Below are positions 44,626-59,289 of a stretch of DNA of 64,000 nucleotides, one piece after another. Origin of the DNA: the human T2T-CHM13v2.0 reference genome, Homo sapiens. The DNA lies in the NCBI RefSeq assembly GCF_009914755.1, contig NC_060940.1; one strand, 5' to 3'. The notes beneath the pieces are model-generated. The model was not told where the DNA came from and did not search any database. It saw only the letters and a list, made by a program, of their open reading frames with translations. The stretch's first letter is position 1. Each line of letters opens with the position of its first letter. Made by a program: the position numbers and the translations under genes.

Positions 44626-44948
44626 AATACAACTCTATTCAGCCATAAAAAAGAATGAAATTATGTCTTTAGCAGTAACATGGATGGAGGTCATTATCTC
44701 AAGGGAAACAACTCAGAATCACAAAGTCAAATATTACATGTTCTCATTTGTAAGTGGGAGTTTTAGCTTTAGTGGAGTAATAGTCATTGGAGAGTCAGAA
44801 GGGTGGGAGGAGGGTGAGAGATATGAGAAATTACTCAGTGGGTATAATGTACACTATTTAGGTGTTGATTACATTAAAAGCCCAAACTTCTTCACTATGC
44901 AATATGATCCACGTAACAAAACTGCACTTTTACCCAACTAAAATTACA

Positions 44949-44982
44949 TATATATAGTGTGTGTATATATATATATATATAT
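44949..44982. repeat. (TA)n/(TG)n at the L1 tail
   Basis: Directly visible. Confidence 0.9.
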
Positions 44983-46554
44983 TGGCTTTGGCATTATACA
45001 TAGAAAACACACTTTTAGTTGGTGATTTTCAATTTGGGGATAACAGAGACTTCATATTATCAAAAATTATAAATATGAAACCTTTATTTCATATTAACAA
45101 GTAATTATATTTAAAAATTATCTCCATCTCTCTCTCCTGCCATAGACAGTTCAGACTTACTAGTAACAATGTTTGCTCACAGTAAAGCTATGTGACCATT
45201 CAAAAGGGTGACTTACATGATCACACTTCACAGAATACAGGAAAGCACTGTGGCCTGATGAAGTCTAGGACCCAATCTAAATGCTAATTCCTGCTCAGGG
45301 AAGGTAAAATGCGAATATATAATCAGGTACAAATTTAAAGCTTTTCACAGGGGAGCCTACCTTTCCAAAAACTGAAATTCTAGAATAGTTATCTCTCTCC
45401 AGAGATATATTTAGAGTTCCTGTGAGGCAAATTTAGAAACCAGAACATTTTCTTGTGATTGTGGAATCAAAATAAAGAGAAATAAATAAAGTATATATTT
45501 ATCAATTGATTGATTTCTCATTGTCTTCCAAGAACTTAAAGTGGTTCAAAAAATACCAAGGAAATAAATCTTAATGACAAATAGATTTAAGATCATGTAA
45601 GAGGTGAAATGAAGTGACAAAAATCATGTTCTCTCAGCATGGTGGTCACACATCAGCTGACGTCTTCCATGCAGCTACTGAAACGTGGAAAATATGATCA
45701 AGTGAATGCAAACAAAAAACTGCTAACCACTGGGGCGTGTACATGTCTACACCAGCCTATGTATTGGGGGTAAACTGGTACACTGTGAACAAAAATTGAT
45801 TTTGAAAAATTAATATTTAGGATAAAGTATAAAATCCAGAGTGTGCTAATTTTCCATAATTACTGTGAATACTACCATAAATGTTTCTAACCTGTTCAAT
45901 TTATTATTTCATAAAAACATCTTTGGGTAAATTTGGTGATGAAAAATAAGTACAGTCTTCTCTTCAGGCTTTCAGCTATACTGTTGCATTCCAGATGTTG
46001 CCAGAGACATGAGAAACTCAACTGAGAATCATCAACATTGATGTTTGACAATGTCCATTGTATAACAACCATTAGATTATTATACAAAGTACCATAATTT
46101 ATGATATTGAGTCCTAGAAATGGTTCCACCTACAGAGGACTCTGTAAATTCCAGTGGAAAAAGATATTTTCAATAATTTAATATTCTCCATGTAATTACC
46201 TGAAATATCCCAAATTTAACTTTCTAAATGCAATTTTAAGGTGGTCAGTAAAATACACTCCAGTTATTCTGCTTCATGGAGATTCGGCTTAACTCCCAAA
46301 GGGTATTAATTGATTATAGTGGAGTAAGAAAATAATAATATAAGCTTTGATATTCTACTTTTGGAGATTTTGATATGTGGGATTGGTGAGAAAATTTATC
46401 TTTTAAAAAATATTTGCTGGTGATTTGATTCATGGCTCCATGTAGTGTAATAATTTTTAAAATGTATATATATATATTATATATATATATGCATGCATGT
46501 GTGTGTTATATTATGTTCCATAAACATTTGTAACATAACGGTTTATTTGAGATT

Positions 46555-46970
46555 GGTGTCTTATATAACTGTTACCATAGCCTGAAACATAAATATCACT
46601 CATAGCTCTGTGGTTTATTAAAATAAAAGATTTTTCTTTGCCCTTGTCCCAGTCCAATGCTGACGGGGGCAGGCACTCTGCTCCTCACAGTCATTCAAGG
46701 ACCCAGTCCCAGTCCTACATGTCTAATGGCTCTATCTTCTTCTAGGGCCTTTGTGTTTCCTCACTGAATCCTCTGCTTCTGACTGGCAGGTAAAGGAGAG
46801 AGAGAAAAAATGAGTGGAATAAGCCCCAGGTTTGAGGGTGCAGCTGTAGAAGTGGTGTACATCATTATGCCGTCATTTTATTGTGCAAACCTGCCACCAC
46901 ATATGCAAGGAAGCCTGGGAAACGTAGTCTTCTGTATGCCAGAAGAAAATTAAGTTTTGTGATAATCATC
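46555..46970 (-). mobile_element. Old MaLR LTR (MLT1K/L-like)
   Basis: ctctgctcctcacagtcattcaaggacccag...agaagtggtgtacatca...tgcaaggaagcctgggaaacgtagtctt. Confidence 0.75.
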
Positions 46971-48064
46971 TTAAAGTAAAGAAGAGGAAGTAAGAAGTTA
47001 ACATAGTGATTCATAACAGGGAGGATCTTGCCCAGTTGGTCAGCAAAATAATGTGGGTTGGAGATGAGGATAAGCTTATGACTGGAAAGACAGCCAGGAT
47101 CTCCAGCTTTGCGTGACAAGAGCTGAGCTTGTCCAAGCAAAGCCTCCTGAATCTGTGGACCTTAAGGAAGACATCTGCACATCAAGCTAATCAAGAATGG
47201 GAAAAGGCATAATGACGGTCTTCCCTCAATTGTAGCTTCTGATAAACAGTACAGAACAGTGAACGTCACAATTATGTAGCAGAGAGGAACAATGCCAGAG
47301 ATTACAGCATTTTTTTCCAGACTTTTAGCTCCATCCACATGGATGTGGATAGCATAGCATATTCTGCTAGAGCATCACTTTGGAGATTGTGTTAAGAGGT
47401 ATATCTGTTTCTGGTAGTAATAATGGGTGGTCTGAGAACCAAATTTCCATTTTTAGTTTGAGGAACACTATATGAGTAATCTTCTTTTTCAGGAATACAC
47501 AATATACACAAGCATATTGCATGTTTCAAATTGCTAATTAAAAGAAAGCTCGATGTTAAGACAACTGCATGGGAAGACACTATCTCTATGCCCTCTATAT
47601 TGTTTTGAACACTAATTTGAATGCAAATGTAAGCTATGGTTAGACACTTTCTAATATCTTTTTTTTATTTTTAGTCAAGTTTGGCTAGGTCTCTAGGCCT
47701 TGATATTTCTTCTTTTTTGCTGTCTTCTAAGGCAACATTGAGAAACAGCTAAGTTTATTATTTATATATTGAATGTAATTTTGAGAGGCTGATAAAATTC
47801 CCAAAGCCTTGGAGAATTTATACAATCGGGTGCCCTCAGTTCTTCATAGTTGGTGATAGTAAATGTCATATGAAAATATATTTTCCTGGAAAATACAAAT
47901 ACTGCTTATTTTCTTGAAATGTACCATTAGAATAGAAAATATTACTGTGTCCAATTCTACATCACAAACAACCAAACATAACATTCATTTTCAATTGAAA
48001 GATATATATCTCAAGGTAATATTTTTGTAATCTATTAACGAACTACTATTCTTTACCACATAGC

Positions 48065-48359
48065 TTTTTTTTTTTTTGAGACAGAGTCTTGCTCTCTTGC
48101 CCAGGCTGGAGCGCAGTGGTGCGATCTCGGCTCACTTCAAGCTCTGCCTCCTGGGTTCACGCCATTCTCCTGCCTCAGCCTCCTGGGTAGATGGGACTAT
48201 AGGCGCCCGCAACCACGCCCGGCTAATTTTTTTGTATTTTTAGTAGAGACGGGGTTTCACTGTGTTAGCCAGGAAGGTCGAAATCTCCTGACCTCTTGAT
48301 CCGCCCGCCTTTGTCTTTCAAAGTGCTGGGATTACAGGCGTGAGCCACCGTGCCTGGCC
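48065..48359 (-). mobile_element. AluY
   Basis: caagctctgcctcctgggttcacgccattctcc; tgttagccagga. Confidence 0.96.
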
Positions 48360-49054
48360 AACAGAGACTTTTATATCCCTGGAGAAAAGTGAAACTCTAA
48401 TTTCCTAATAAATATATGTATCAATTATTAGTAAGTAGAAAAATTATAGAGATCACTTTATCCAAAATTGCTAAATAATTCCCACTTTTCAAAGATAGAG
48501 TGGGCAATTTCTACTGCCAGGTGTGGCAAATATTTTGTATTCAATTCAATGCTTTACGTTTTCAGATTTCAGGTCAGTTTTATGCTTTAGGTAGCTAAAA
48601 ATTCTGATAGTCAGAGGCATATCAATGAAGAATCACTTTTCTGGAACAAAAAGATTTGTTGCAGTTTAAACTTGTAAAGCTTGTCCAGGGCAGTAAATTC
48701 CTTAAGATGTATAGTTATAATGAGAAGGATGTTTTCTTTTGACTTTTCTTTTTTCCTCTTATTTTTAGTTGACATGTAATGATTGTACATATTTATGAGA
48801 TACAAAGTGATATTTTGATACATGTATACAATGCGTAATGATTAATTCAGGGTGATTAGCATATCCATTACCTCAAACATTTACTATTTGTGTTGCGCAC
48901 ATTCGAAATCCTCTCTTCTAGCTTTTTGAAAATATACACTAAATTATTTTAAACCATATTTATCCTACAGTGCTACAGAGCACTATAACTTATTCTCCTC
49001 ATATAGCTGTAACTTTGTGTGCATTAACCAATGTCTATCTTCCCCTCCCTGCTA

Positions 49055-49559
<505 letters not shown>

Positions 49560-49992
49560 TTATGCATGGTGTGGTGTGAATTTAACAAATTCATTCATCT
49601 GTTGATGGATACTTACGTTGATTCGATATTTTGGCTATTGTCAAAATTGCTGCCATAAAAGGGTGCGTAGATATCTTTTTTATATACCCATTTCCTGTTT
49701 TAAGATAAATACCCAGAAGTGAGATTGCTGAATCATATGGTAGCTCTATTTATAGTTTTTTGATAAACCTCCTTACTGTTTTCCATAATAGCTGTACTAA
49801 TTTATATTCCCACCAACAGTGTATGAAAGTTATCTTTTCTGCATCCTTGCCAATATTTGTTATTTTTTGTTTTTGATGATAGCCATTCTAATGGATGAGA
49901 TAATATCTCATTGTGGTTTTGATTTATGTTTCCCTAATGATTTGTGACATTGATTTTTTTTTTCATATATTTGTTGGCCATTTGAATATCTT

Positions 49993-50377
<385 letters not shown>

Positions 50378-50522
50378 TGAAACTTTTGAGTTCCTTGTAT
50401 ATTCTGGATATGAGTCCCTTGTCAGATGAATAGTTTGTAAATATTTTCTCTCATCTAAGATTGTCTCTTCACTCTGTTAATTGTTTTCTTTGCTCTGCAG
50501 AAACTTTTTGGCTTGATGTAAT

Positions 50523-50607
50523 GTCTCAAACTCCTGACCTCAAGTGATAGGCCTGCTTCGGCCTCCCAAAGTGCTGGGATTATAGGTGTGAGCCACCATG
50601 TCCAGCC
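50523..50607 (-). mobile_element. Alu 5' fragment (~85 bp)
   Basis: gtctcaaactcctgacctcaagtgat...gagccaccatgtccagcc. Confidence 0.92.
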
Positions 50608-52468
50608 TCAGTAGCTTTTATGTGCCCAGAAAATTATCAATTTCTTTTAGGTTTTTGAATTTGTTAGTGTAGAGTTGTTCATAATAGTCATCAATGATCC
50701 TTAGTACTTCTGTGGTATCAGTTATAATGTGTTCTTCATTTCTGATTGCATTTATTTGAGTATTTTCTTTTTTTATGGTTAGCCTAGTTAAGAGTTTGTC
50801 AATTTTGGTTCTAAAAAAACTGTTTTGTTGATCTTTTGTATGTTTTTTAGTCTCTATTTTGTTTAGTTATGCTCTGATCTTTATTATTTTTTTCTTCCTA
50901 CAAATTTTGGGTTTGGTTTATGCTTGCTTTTGTAGTTCCTTGAGGTGCATTGTTAGGTTATATACTTGAAATTTTTGTACTTTTTTGATGTAAATGTTTA
51001 TTGCTATAAACTTCCCTCTTAGAACTGCTTTTGATGTATTCCATAGGTTTTGATATGTTTTGTTTCCATTTTCACTTATTTTGAGAAACTTGACTTTCTT
51101 CTTAATTTCTTTGACCCATTGGTCATTCAGAAGCATATTATTTAATTTCGATATACAGTTTCTAGAGTTCCTCTTGCCACTGATATCTTGTTTTACCCTA
51201 TTGTGGTCTGAAAAGATGCTTGAAATGATTTTGATTATTTTTGTGTTTATTGAGATTTGTTTTGTGGCCTAACATATGGTCTGTACCAAAGAATGTTCCA
51301 CGTGGTGATGAGAATAGTGTGTATTCTGCAGCTATTTGATATAATATTCTATAAATGTCTATTAGGTCTATTTGGTTTATAGTTTAAGCCCAATACTTTG
51401 TTGACGTTCTGTCTCCATTATCTGTCCAATGCTGACAGTGGGGTGTTGAAACCCCCAACTATTATTGTATTGGGTTTTATCTTCTGTTTAGCTCTAAGAA
51501 TATTTGCTTTATTTATCTGGATGCTCTGGTGCTGGGTGCTGCATATATATTTCGAATTGTTATATCCTCTGGATGAATTAATCCCTTTATTATTGTATAA
51601 TGATCTTCTTTGCCTTTTTTTTGTTTTTTAACCTAAAGTCTATTTTGTCTGATGTAAGTAAAGTTACTCCTGCATGCTTTTGTTTTCTGTTTGCATTGAA
51701 TATTTTTTCCATCCTTTCATTTTCAGTCTGTGTGTCTTTTCAATTATCCTAACACGTATCTTTTATCTTCCATTCATTTATGAATTATTTCACGCAATAA
51801 CATTTATTGTTTAATATGATAAATAAACAAAATGGAAGATTCTTTCTGACCTTCACTCAATTATAGTGTAAGGAGTGATTAAAAATGAATAATATGATTA
51901 ATATCAAATTGAATATTAAAATTGTATGCTGTGTGTATTGTGAAAAATGCTTTCTCATTCCCTTTTGGAGATAGGAGATCTACAAGATGGCCTTGAAGTA
52001 TTGATATTTTCATTGCAGATAATCAATGTCAAATATGTGACTGTCAAGAAAAGTCAAAGCCCTTTGCTATGTAGATATTTTGAGATGAACGCAAAACTTA
52101 GCAGGTCTCTCTCACCTTTGTTAGTTTTACTTCTCACTTCCCTTAAGGTTGGATGTAACAAAACCAAAATTAAAAGAAACCTGGAAAACAAAACCAATAC
52201 CCTGTTTGGCTGCCCGAAATATCATTAAAACATTTAAAAATGTATTAATAAATACATTACTTGAGAGTATTCTCCATATTGACCCAACCAACTTTTTTTT
52301 TTTTTTTTTTTTTTTTAAGGAAAACTAGGTCCTATATGCTGTGTAGTCATTGTGGTATAGCCATACACTAAAGAGCTTATATTTAACTAAGGAAGATAGA
52401 ATTATTTGTTAAATACAAAACTGTGATAAGTATTATGAGGATACATTAGGTGTGATTTCAGTCTAGAA

Positions 52469-52682
52469 CAGATTTTCTCAGCTGGGGCCAATTTTGCAAT
52501 CTAGTAGCCATTTGACAATAACTGGAGGCATTTTTTGATTGTTAAAAGTAGGGAAGGGGATGTTACTGGAATCTGGTGGGCAGAGGACAGTGATGATGCT
52601 AAACATTTTACAGTGCACAGGACAGACTTCACAAGAATTTACATGCTCTAAAAGTCAATAGTGCTAATGTTGAGAAACCCTT
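52469..52682 (+). mobile_element. MER20 (hAT-Charlie)
   Basis: Full-length match ending in gttgagaaaccct; perfect 8-bp TSD GTCTAGAA at 52461-52468 and 52683-52690. Confidence 0.92.
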
Positions 52683-52959
52683 GTCTAGAATGATGGGAGG
52701 GAACAGAGAGAGAATGGAGGTTTGAGAATCACTGTGGCAGCTATTCAGCTGAGCAACTGCCTCTGGGTGAGGATATCTTTTAAATATTCCATTGTTAGAT
52801 GTTTAATTCAATAATCTCATTGTGTACTGTGCCTAAATAAAGCTTTATAAAACTTGGTTGAATAAATAAATTATAAAATAGCAAATGTTAATATGAAACA
52901 GATGGTACCCAATCTGCCATCAACTTTCCTACCCTTTTATTCATTGGCAGAATAATTGA

Positions 52960-53120
52960 TGTTTCCCAGGTTTGATCCTGGCCCCATGAGCTACAATTGT
53001 TTCTGTGACTATAAAGTGGAAATAATGATAGCTTCTCTTACAATTGTTGTGAGAATTAAGTGAGAATGTTCAATAAATATAAAGTGTCCTGCACAGTCTC
53101 TGAATAAATGGCAGCTATTA
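52960..53120 (+). mobile_element. MIR
   Basis: ctataaagtggaaataatgatag...ttgttgtgagaattaagtgag...aataaatggcagctatta. Confidence 0.7.
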
Positions 53121-53664
53121 ATCAGAGAAGATCACATTATGCTCCAAATGATATAAGTCACAGAGCTTTTGTGGCCCCATAAATTACAGAATTATTATAT
53201 CTTACATGAAGACAGAAATGGAAATGATTACCTCTTTTGATGGAGAGCTGTGTTGTGAATTACTTTTTTAAACCTTCAGATAGATGAGTTATATGTGAAA
53301 AGCCCTGGAACGCTAAGTGTTTTTACAAGATTTGTTACTGGCAAGAAATGGACAAGCATAAATGAGATCAGTCCAGAAAGATTACCCTGCAAACTTGCTG
53401 ATGTGCTGTCTGCTAAAGTAGTGACAGGTCATAAAACTACTGAGAGAGAAAGGCAGAGGTATAGGGCACTGGAGAAAAAAGGCTCCATCCCCGGATCTTT
53501 ACACATGCAACTTTTTCAGGATTTATTCTGCTACACTGCTATGCTTAGCATCATGGTGTCTTTTATGTGTGGTACAGGAAGTTGACCTGAGTTTTGATGA
53601 AAGTGAGAGAATTATTGGGGATGACTATGACACTATTACCTGGCCAGTATCATGTAGTTATTAT

Positions 53665-53855
53665 GAGTCCAGGGTTTGAAGTGAGCTGAAACGTCCCAGC
53701 TTTGCTGCATTACGGCAGTGTAACCTTGAGGAGGTTCAGCCTTCTGATACATTTTCTCTTCTGTACAATGGGAGTATCGATGCTACTGCTTCCTCAGTGG
53801 CATTGATTAAATTGGATAATTCATGAGAGGCACTTCGCACAGTGCTTGGGACTGT
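53665..53855 (+). mobile_element. MIR
   Basis: cccagctttgc...gtgtaaccttgag...tctgtacaatgggag...gcacttcgcacagtgcttgg. Confidence 0.7.
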
Positions 53856-53989
53856 AATTATCATTATCATCATCATTATTTTCATCAGTGTCATTTTTAC
53901 TATAATCTCTTAAAAGCTTTCTATTATTAAAATAATTTGTACCACTTAACTTTTAGCTTTTTAAAGGGAAGAAGCCTTAAAGTACTTTT

Positions 53990-55774
53990 CTTATTTATTT
54001 TTAATTTTTAAGATAATTTCAACTTTTATTTTAGATTCGGGGGTACATGTGAAGGTCTGTCACATGGGAACACTGCGTGATATTGAGGTTTGAGGTACAA
54101 ATGATCCTATAGGCAGTCCCTCAGCCCTCACCTTTCTCCCTCCCACCTCCAGCAGTCCCCAGTGTCCATTGCTCCCATTTTTATGTCCGTGTGTATTCAG
54201 TGATAAATTCCCGTTTATAAGTGAGGACATATGGTATTTGGTTTTCTGTTTCTGAGTAAATTCACATAAATAATAGCCTCCAGCTGCATCCATATTGCTG
54301 CAAATGACATGATTTTGTTCTTTTTAATGACTGCATAGTATTCCTTGGTGTATACGTATCATTTTCTTCATCCAGTCCACCATCTATGGACATTTAGGTT
54401 GATTCCATGTCTTTGCTATAGTGAATAGTGCTGCAATGAACATGAGTGCATGTGTCTTTTAGACAGAATGATTTATTTTCTTTTGGGTATATACCCAGTA
54501 ATGAGATTGTTGGGTCAAATGGTTCTACTTTAAATTCTTTGAGAAATCTCCAAACTGCTTTGCACAAAGGCTGAACTAATTTACATTCCCGCTAACTTTG
54601 TGTAAGTGACCTCTTCTCTCTGCAGTCTCACCAGGATATGCTGTTTTTTGGCTTTTTAATAATAGCCATTCGGACTGGTGTGAGATGATATCTCATTGTG
54701 GTTTTGATTTGTGTTTCTCTGATGATTAGTGGTATTGAGTATTTTTTTCATATATTTGTGGGCTGCTTGTATGTCTTTACACATGCAGCTTTTTCAGGAT
54801 TTATAGTGCTACACTGCTATGCTTAGCATCATGGTGTCTTTCATGTGTGGTACAGGAAGTTGACCTGAGAAAACGCCTTTTCATGTCCTTTGCCTATTTT
54901 TTTAATGGGGTTGTTTGTTTTTTGCTCGTTGATTTGTTTAAGTTCCTTATAGATTCTGGACATATTAGATCTTTGTCAGATGTATAGCTTGTAAACATTT
55001 TCTCACATTCTGTACATTCTGTGTTTACTGTGTTGATAGTTTCTTTTGCTGTTTAGAAGTTCTTTTGTTTAATTAGGTCCCATTTGTCATTTTGTTGTTG
55101 TTGTTGTTGCAGTTGCTTTTGAGGACTTAGCCACTAATTCTTTGCCAAGGCCAATGTTGAGAAGCATGTTTCCTAGGTTTTCTTCCAAGGTATTTATTGT
55201 TTGAGATCCTACGTTTAAATTTTTAGTCCATCTTAATTTAATTTTTATACGTGGTGAAAGGTAGGGGTCCAGTTTTATTCTTCTGCATATGCCTAGCCAG
55301 TTATCCCAGCACCATTTATTGAACACAGAGTCTTTTCCCCATTCTTCATTGTTTATTTTTGCTGACTTGGTTGAAAATCAGATGGTTGTCAGTATGTGGC
55401 TTTATTTCTGAGTTCTCTATTCTGTTCCATTGGTCTGTGTGTCTATTTTTGTGCCACTACCATGGTGTTTCAGTTATTGTAGCTTTGTGGTATAGTTTGA
55501 AGTTGGGTAATGTGATGACTCTGGTTTATATACCTTTTCTTTTTTTTTTTCTTTTGCTTAAGGTTGCTTTGGCTATTTGGGCCCGTTTTTGGGTTCATAT
55601 GAATTTTACAATAGTTTTTTTCTAATTCTGTAAAATATGAGGTTGGTAGTTTGATAGGAACAGCACTGAATCTATAGATTGCTTTGAGCAGCATGACCAC
55701 TTGAAAAATGTTGATTCTTCCAATCCATGAAGAGCATGGAATGTTTTTCCATTTGTTTTTGTGTTATATATGAT
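53990..55774 (-). mobile_element. L1PA15/16-like 5'-truncated element
   Basis: tttcaacttttattttagattcgggggtacatgtg...; ORF2 C-terminal remnants (ORF 55087-55326, [10 protein letters not shown]). Confidence 0.92.
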
Positions 55775-55944
55775 TAGCTGGTACTACAGGAGCACGTCAC
55801 CATGCCAAGCTAATTTTTATATTTTTAGTAAAGAAGGGGTTTCACTCTATTGGACAGGCTGGTCTCGAACTCCTGGCCCCATGATCCACCCGCCTTGGCC
55901 TCCCAAAGTGCTGGGATTACAGGCGTGAGCCACCACACTCAGCC
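55775..55944 (-). mobile_element. Alu 5' half abutting the L1
   Basis: tagctggtactacagg...gtgagccaccacactcagcc. Confidence 0.92.
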
Positions 55945-58883
55945 ATTTGTGGATTTTTAAATCTGATAATTCTTGAATCTGATCACTAATATCTATAGAA
56001 TCTCTGCACAATAGTTTGCTTTTTATTTTCCTATATGCCATTATCTACTTATTTTCTTTCCTCAATGTATCTGATTGATCAGTCAAATAATATTAATGAT
56101 TTCATTAAGCTTTGGAAAAACATCCAAAATACTTCAAATTTGGACATTTGTAGAGTGAGGTGTCTCCTGATTGTGTGAGACTTCTCAAAAAGTAGAAGAC
56201 AAAAGCAGAAAGCAGCCCACAAAAGGCATAAGCTGACAGTGTATATGGTATCCAAAGAAACTTTCACACAGTATGTATTTGATATCAGCTCTTTAGGTGA
56301 CAATGGCCTGCAGGCAGCCATTTCCATCTCTCCTACCCATGCTGGGATCCCTAGGTGATTATAATATTTATTTTCATCAGCCTCAGAATACTTTTCAATT
56401 CACAAAGGAGCCATTACCTATTGATCAATGTCAGTAAGCTTATTGAAATCTCTTTCTCATCTCTAGCTGTATAAAGGAATAGAAGAGTGATTGGTATGTG
56501 AAATGGTAAAGCCAAGATTCAAAAATACTGGTATGGATCCTAAGATAAGCAGGAGGAGAAATGTACAATATTTAGATTGTATCCAAATATTATTTACAAA
56601 AATGCAGGATAGAGGCAGCAGGCAGCAACACAACAGGAACATTTACAAGTAAGACTTTGGTTTATTGCAGGCTTGGTATAAATCAACAAGCACAAACCCT
56701 TGTGAAATCAGATGCTAGAGGAGTGATTGGCTGGTCATCAGATGAGAGAATATGAAGACGCACAATCTTGAAGAAAACTTATGGACAGATATGAAAAAAA
56801 CACTCAAAACATTTGAATTTTGTAGATTTGATAGCTAATGTTAATAATCAAAGATGTCTAATGACCTCTATTTCATTACAAAAATATCCCATCCATTTAC
56901 TTCTTCTGATGCACCAGTTATCTAAAGAGAGAGGGGGGAACACAGAAACCAAGCCAAAATTATTTTTACTTTTATGTGAAGGAAAAAAATCAGAGTTCTC
57001 TGAGTAGGCATAATTACTTAAAGTGATGAAAAAAGTGATGGAGGGGAGTGTGTAATGATTGAGGGTTTTGCTGTATTTGCTATTCTTTCTGCTATTTGTT
57101 TGTTGCTTTGATTGACAGATCTTTATTTCCCAGAGCTGATGAAGAGGCAGTGGATTGAGTTTCCAATGGTTAGTCCAGTCAGAAGAGCAACACCCAGGCC
57201 TGACTCTTCTCCTTTGATTAGGACTGTGCAGGGAGCACAATAAGGCATGCGATCCTGTGTGTATCTCTGTCACCACTGGGTCCAAAATCAAGTTCATTGA
57301 TTTATCTTCATGGAATAATCACAAAACAAACACTGATTGTCTATAGATGTCAGGGAATTCTGCCTATATTATGTTTTATTATGTACTTTCTCATTTAATT
57401 CTCAAAGCAATGCTGGCAATAATGAATGCTTTTGAGCCCCAGCTTTCTGACATATAAAATGCAAATTGAAGCGAATGCATTTCTTAAGGACTTACTGCTA
57501 AAAATTGAGACAAGACTTGATGTTATGAAAATTTTATTCTAGTAATATTTCTAATATGTGATGATAAATACTGGAGAATACATTTTTTAGCTTTACTTCC
57601 AACCATCTTTATAACTGAGAACACATTAGAACCCAGTCTATTTCTTTTCTGCGATCTTAAAGTAAAAAATGATGAATGTAAGGGAATAACACAATATTCC
57701 AAAGCATTTTTTCAGATGGAGCTGAAAGATACCTGAAAATTCAAGTAACTTCTATAGCCACAGGTGGTGTATTCTAAATTAAAAGATTAAAGAAATAGTA
57801 TAACACTTATCTTTTAAAAAGGAAAAATGATGGCAAAAGTATTAAATGTGAATCAGTATTCAAAGATATATACTAATATAAATTTACCCTTAAGACTAAA
57901 TTTGCGAAATTTTATATTATTTTTATCAAGTAAAATATGAGATAAATTTAGGTAAACAATATTTTAATATATTACACATACACACACAGACATACATGCA
58001 CATCAGATGTTGTTATCCAACTCAATGTTAAATTAGTCCCATGAGCTTCACAGTGAGGGGTACTTGGCTCCGTTAAATGGGTGAGGAAATTGGTTCAGAG
58101 AGGTTTTGTGAGTTTAGGCAAGCCTTTCAGCCATTCACCTTTTTATTTACTCATGAATTCTTTCCGTCAATAACTTTTTTTTTTTTTGCCTATTATAATG
58201 AAGAAGAAGGGGAGGAGAAGAAATAAAAGGAAGTGATCCTAATACATGTAAAATAGTATCTCTTTAAATGGTCACGTCAACCGCAAAAAACACTTACATA
58301 ATCCTGTCTCTCCATTTTGGCTGGTTTTTACCAACTGTGTTACTTTTTATGCAACTAGTTACTCTGTGTAAGGCCCCAGGTTCTTTACCTGTGAAATGGG
58401 ATTAACGATGGCTCCTTGCGCTCGCTTTCATATGCCCTGTGTCATCAACAGTCAGCTTTACATTCTTCAGGTCCAGTGCAAAGGAACCACACTGGGCTTC
58501 AAGGGCTCAGCTTGACGACAAAATAAATAAACACTGGAAATATAAATTGTAACACGGCACGGTGAGCTTCATGAGAGTTTAAGCCCAGCCCTGAGGCAGC
58601 AGAGAGGAGGCAATTCTTTCTGCCTGAAAGCATTTGGAAAGATTCAAACTCACACCAGAAAGGGCATTAAATCTAGGTTCAAAAGGATAAGGAAGAATTT
58701 TCCAGGGGTTAAAGAGCAGGAAAAAGGAATTTTACGTATTTATAACATCTCATCTAAAGACACAGAGTCAGGAAGGGGGAGAATATATTGATTACACATG
58801 AAACATAGTTTAACGAATGTGAAATGATCAGAAAGAAAGCTATGGTCAAATTAGTAAATGCCTTGGCTATTTTGGCTAAAGAG

Positions 58884-59289
58884 GTTTTTTTTTATTTTCA
58901 ACTTTTATTTCAGATTCAGGGGGTACACGTGCAGGTTTGTTACATGGGTATATTGCACGATGCTGAGTTTTGGGGTATGATTTATTCCATCACCCAGGTA
59001 TTGAGCATAGTATTCAATAGAGTTTTTCAACTCTTTCCCTCCTTCCTCCCCCTCCCCTGCAGGAGTCCTCAGTGTCTATTTTTCCATATTTATGTCCATG
59101 TGTACTTAAATGTTTAGCCCCCACTTATAAGTAAGAACATATGGCGTTTGGTTTTCTGTTTCTGCATTAATGCAGCTTAGGATAATGACTTCTAGCTGCA
59201 TCCACGTTGCTGGACATGATTTTATTCTTTGTTATGGCTATATAGTATTCCATGGTGTATATGTACCACATTTTCTTTATCCAGTCCAT
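58884..59289 (-). mobile_element. L1PA15/16-like short 3' end
   Basis: ttttcaacttttatttcagattcaggggg tacacgtgcagg...ttttctttatccagtcca. Confidence 0.92.

Larger units (their letters stand above)
41635..44946 (+). mobile_element. L1PB-type 5'-truncated element (ORF2 RT to 3' UTR) with nested L1PA and AluY
   Basis: aaaaaccatatgatcatctcagtagatgca...; several ORF2-like ORFs (41937, 42302, 43112); 3' UTR ends at actgcacttttaccc. Confidence 0.93.

Noticed and set aside
47328-47353. 8-bp hairpin atccacat-gg-atgtggat
   Set aside because: Too short to be distinguished from chance
52293-52316. Isolated T24 run as a possible retrocopy tail
   Set aside because: No TSD or adjacent recognisable element
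56848-57297. 149-aa minus-strand ORF
   Set aside because: No recognisable family, coding-like pattern or convincing splice structure
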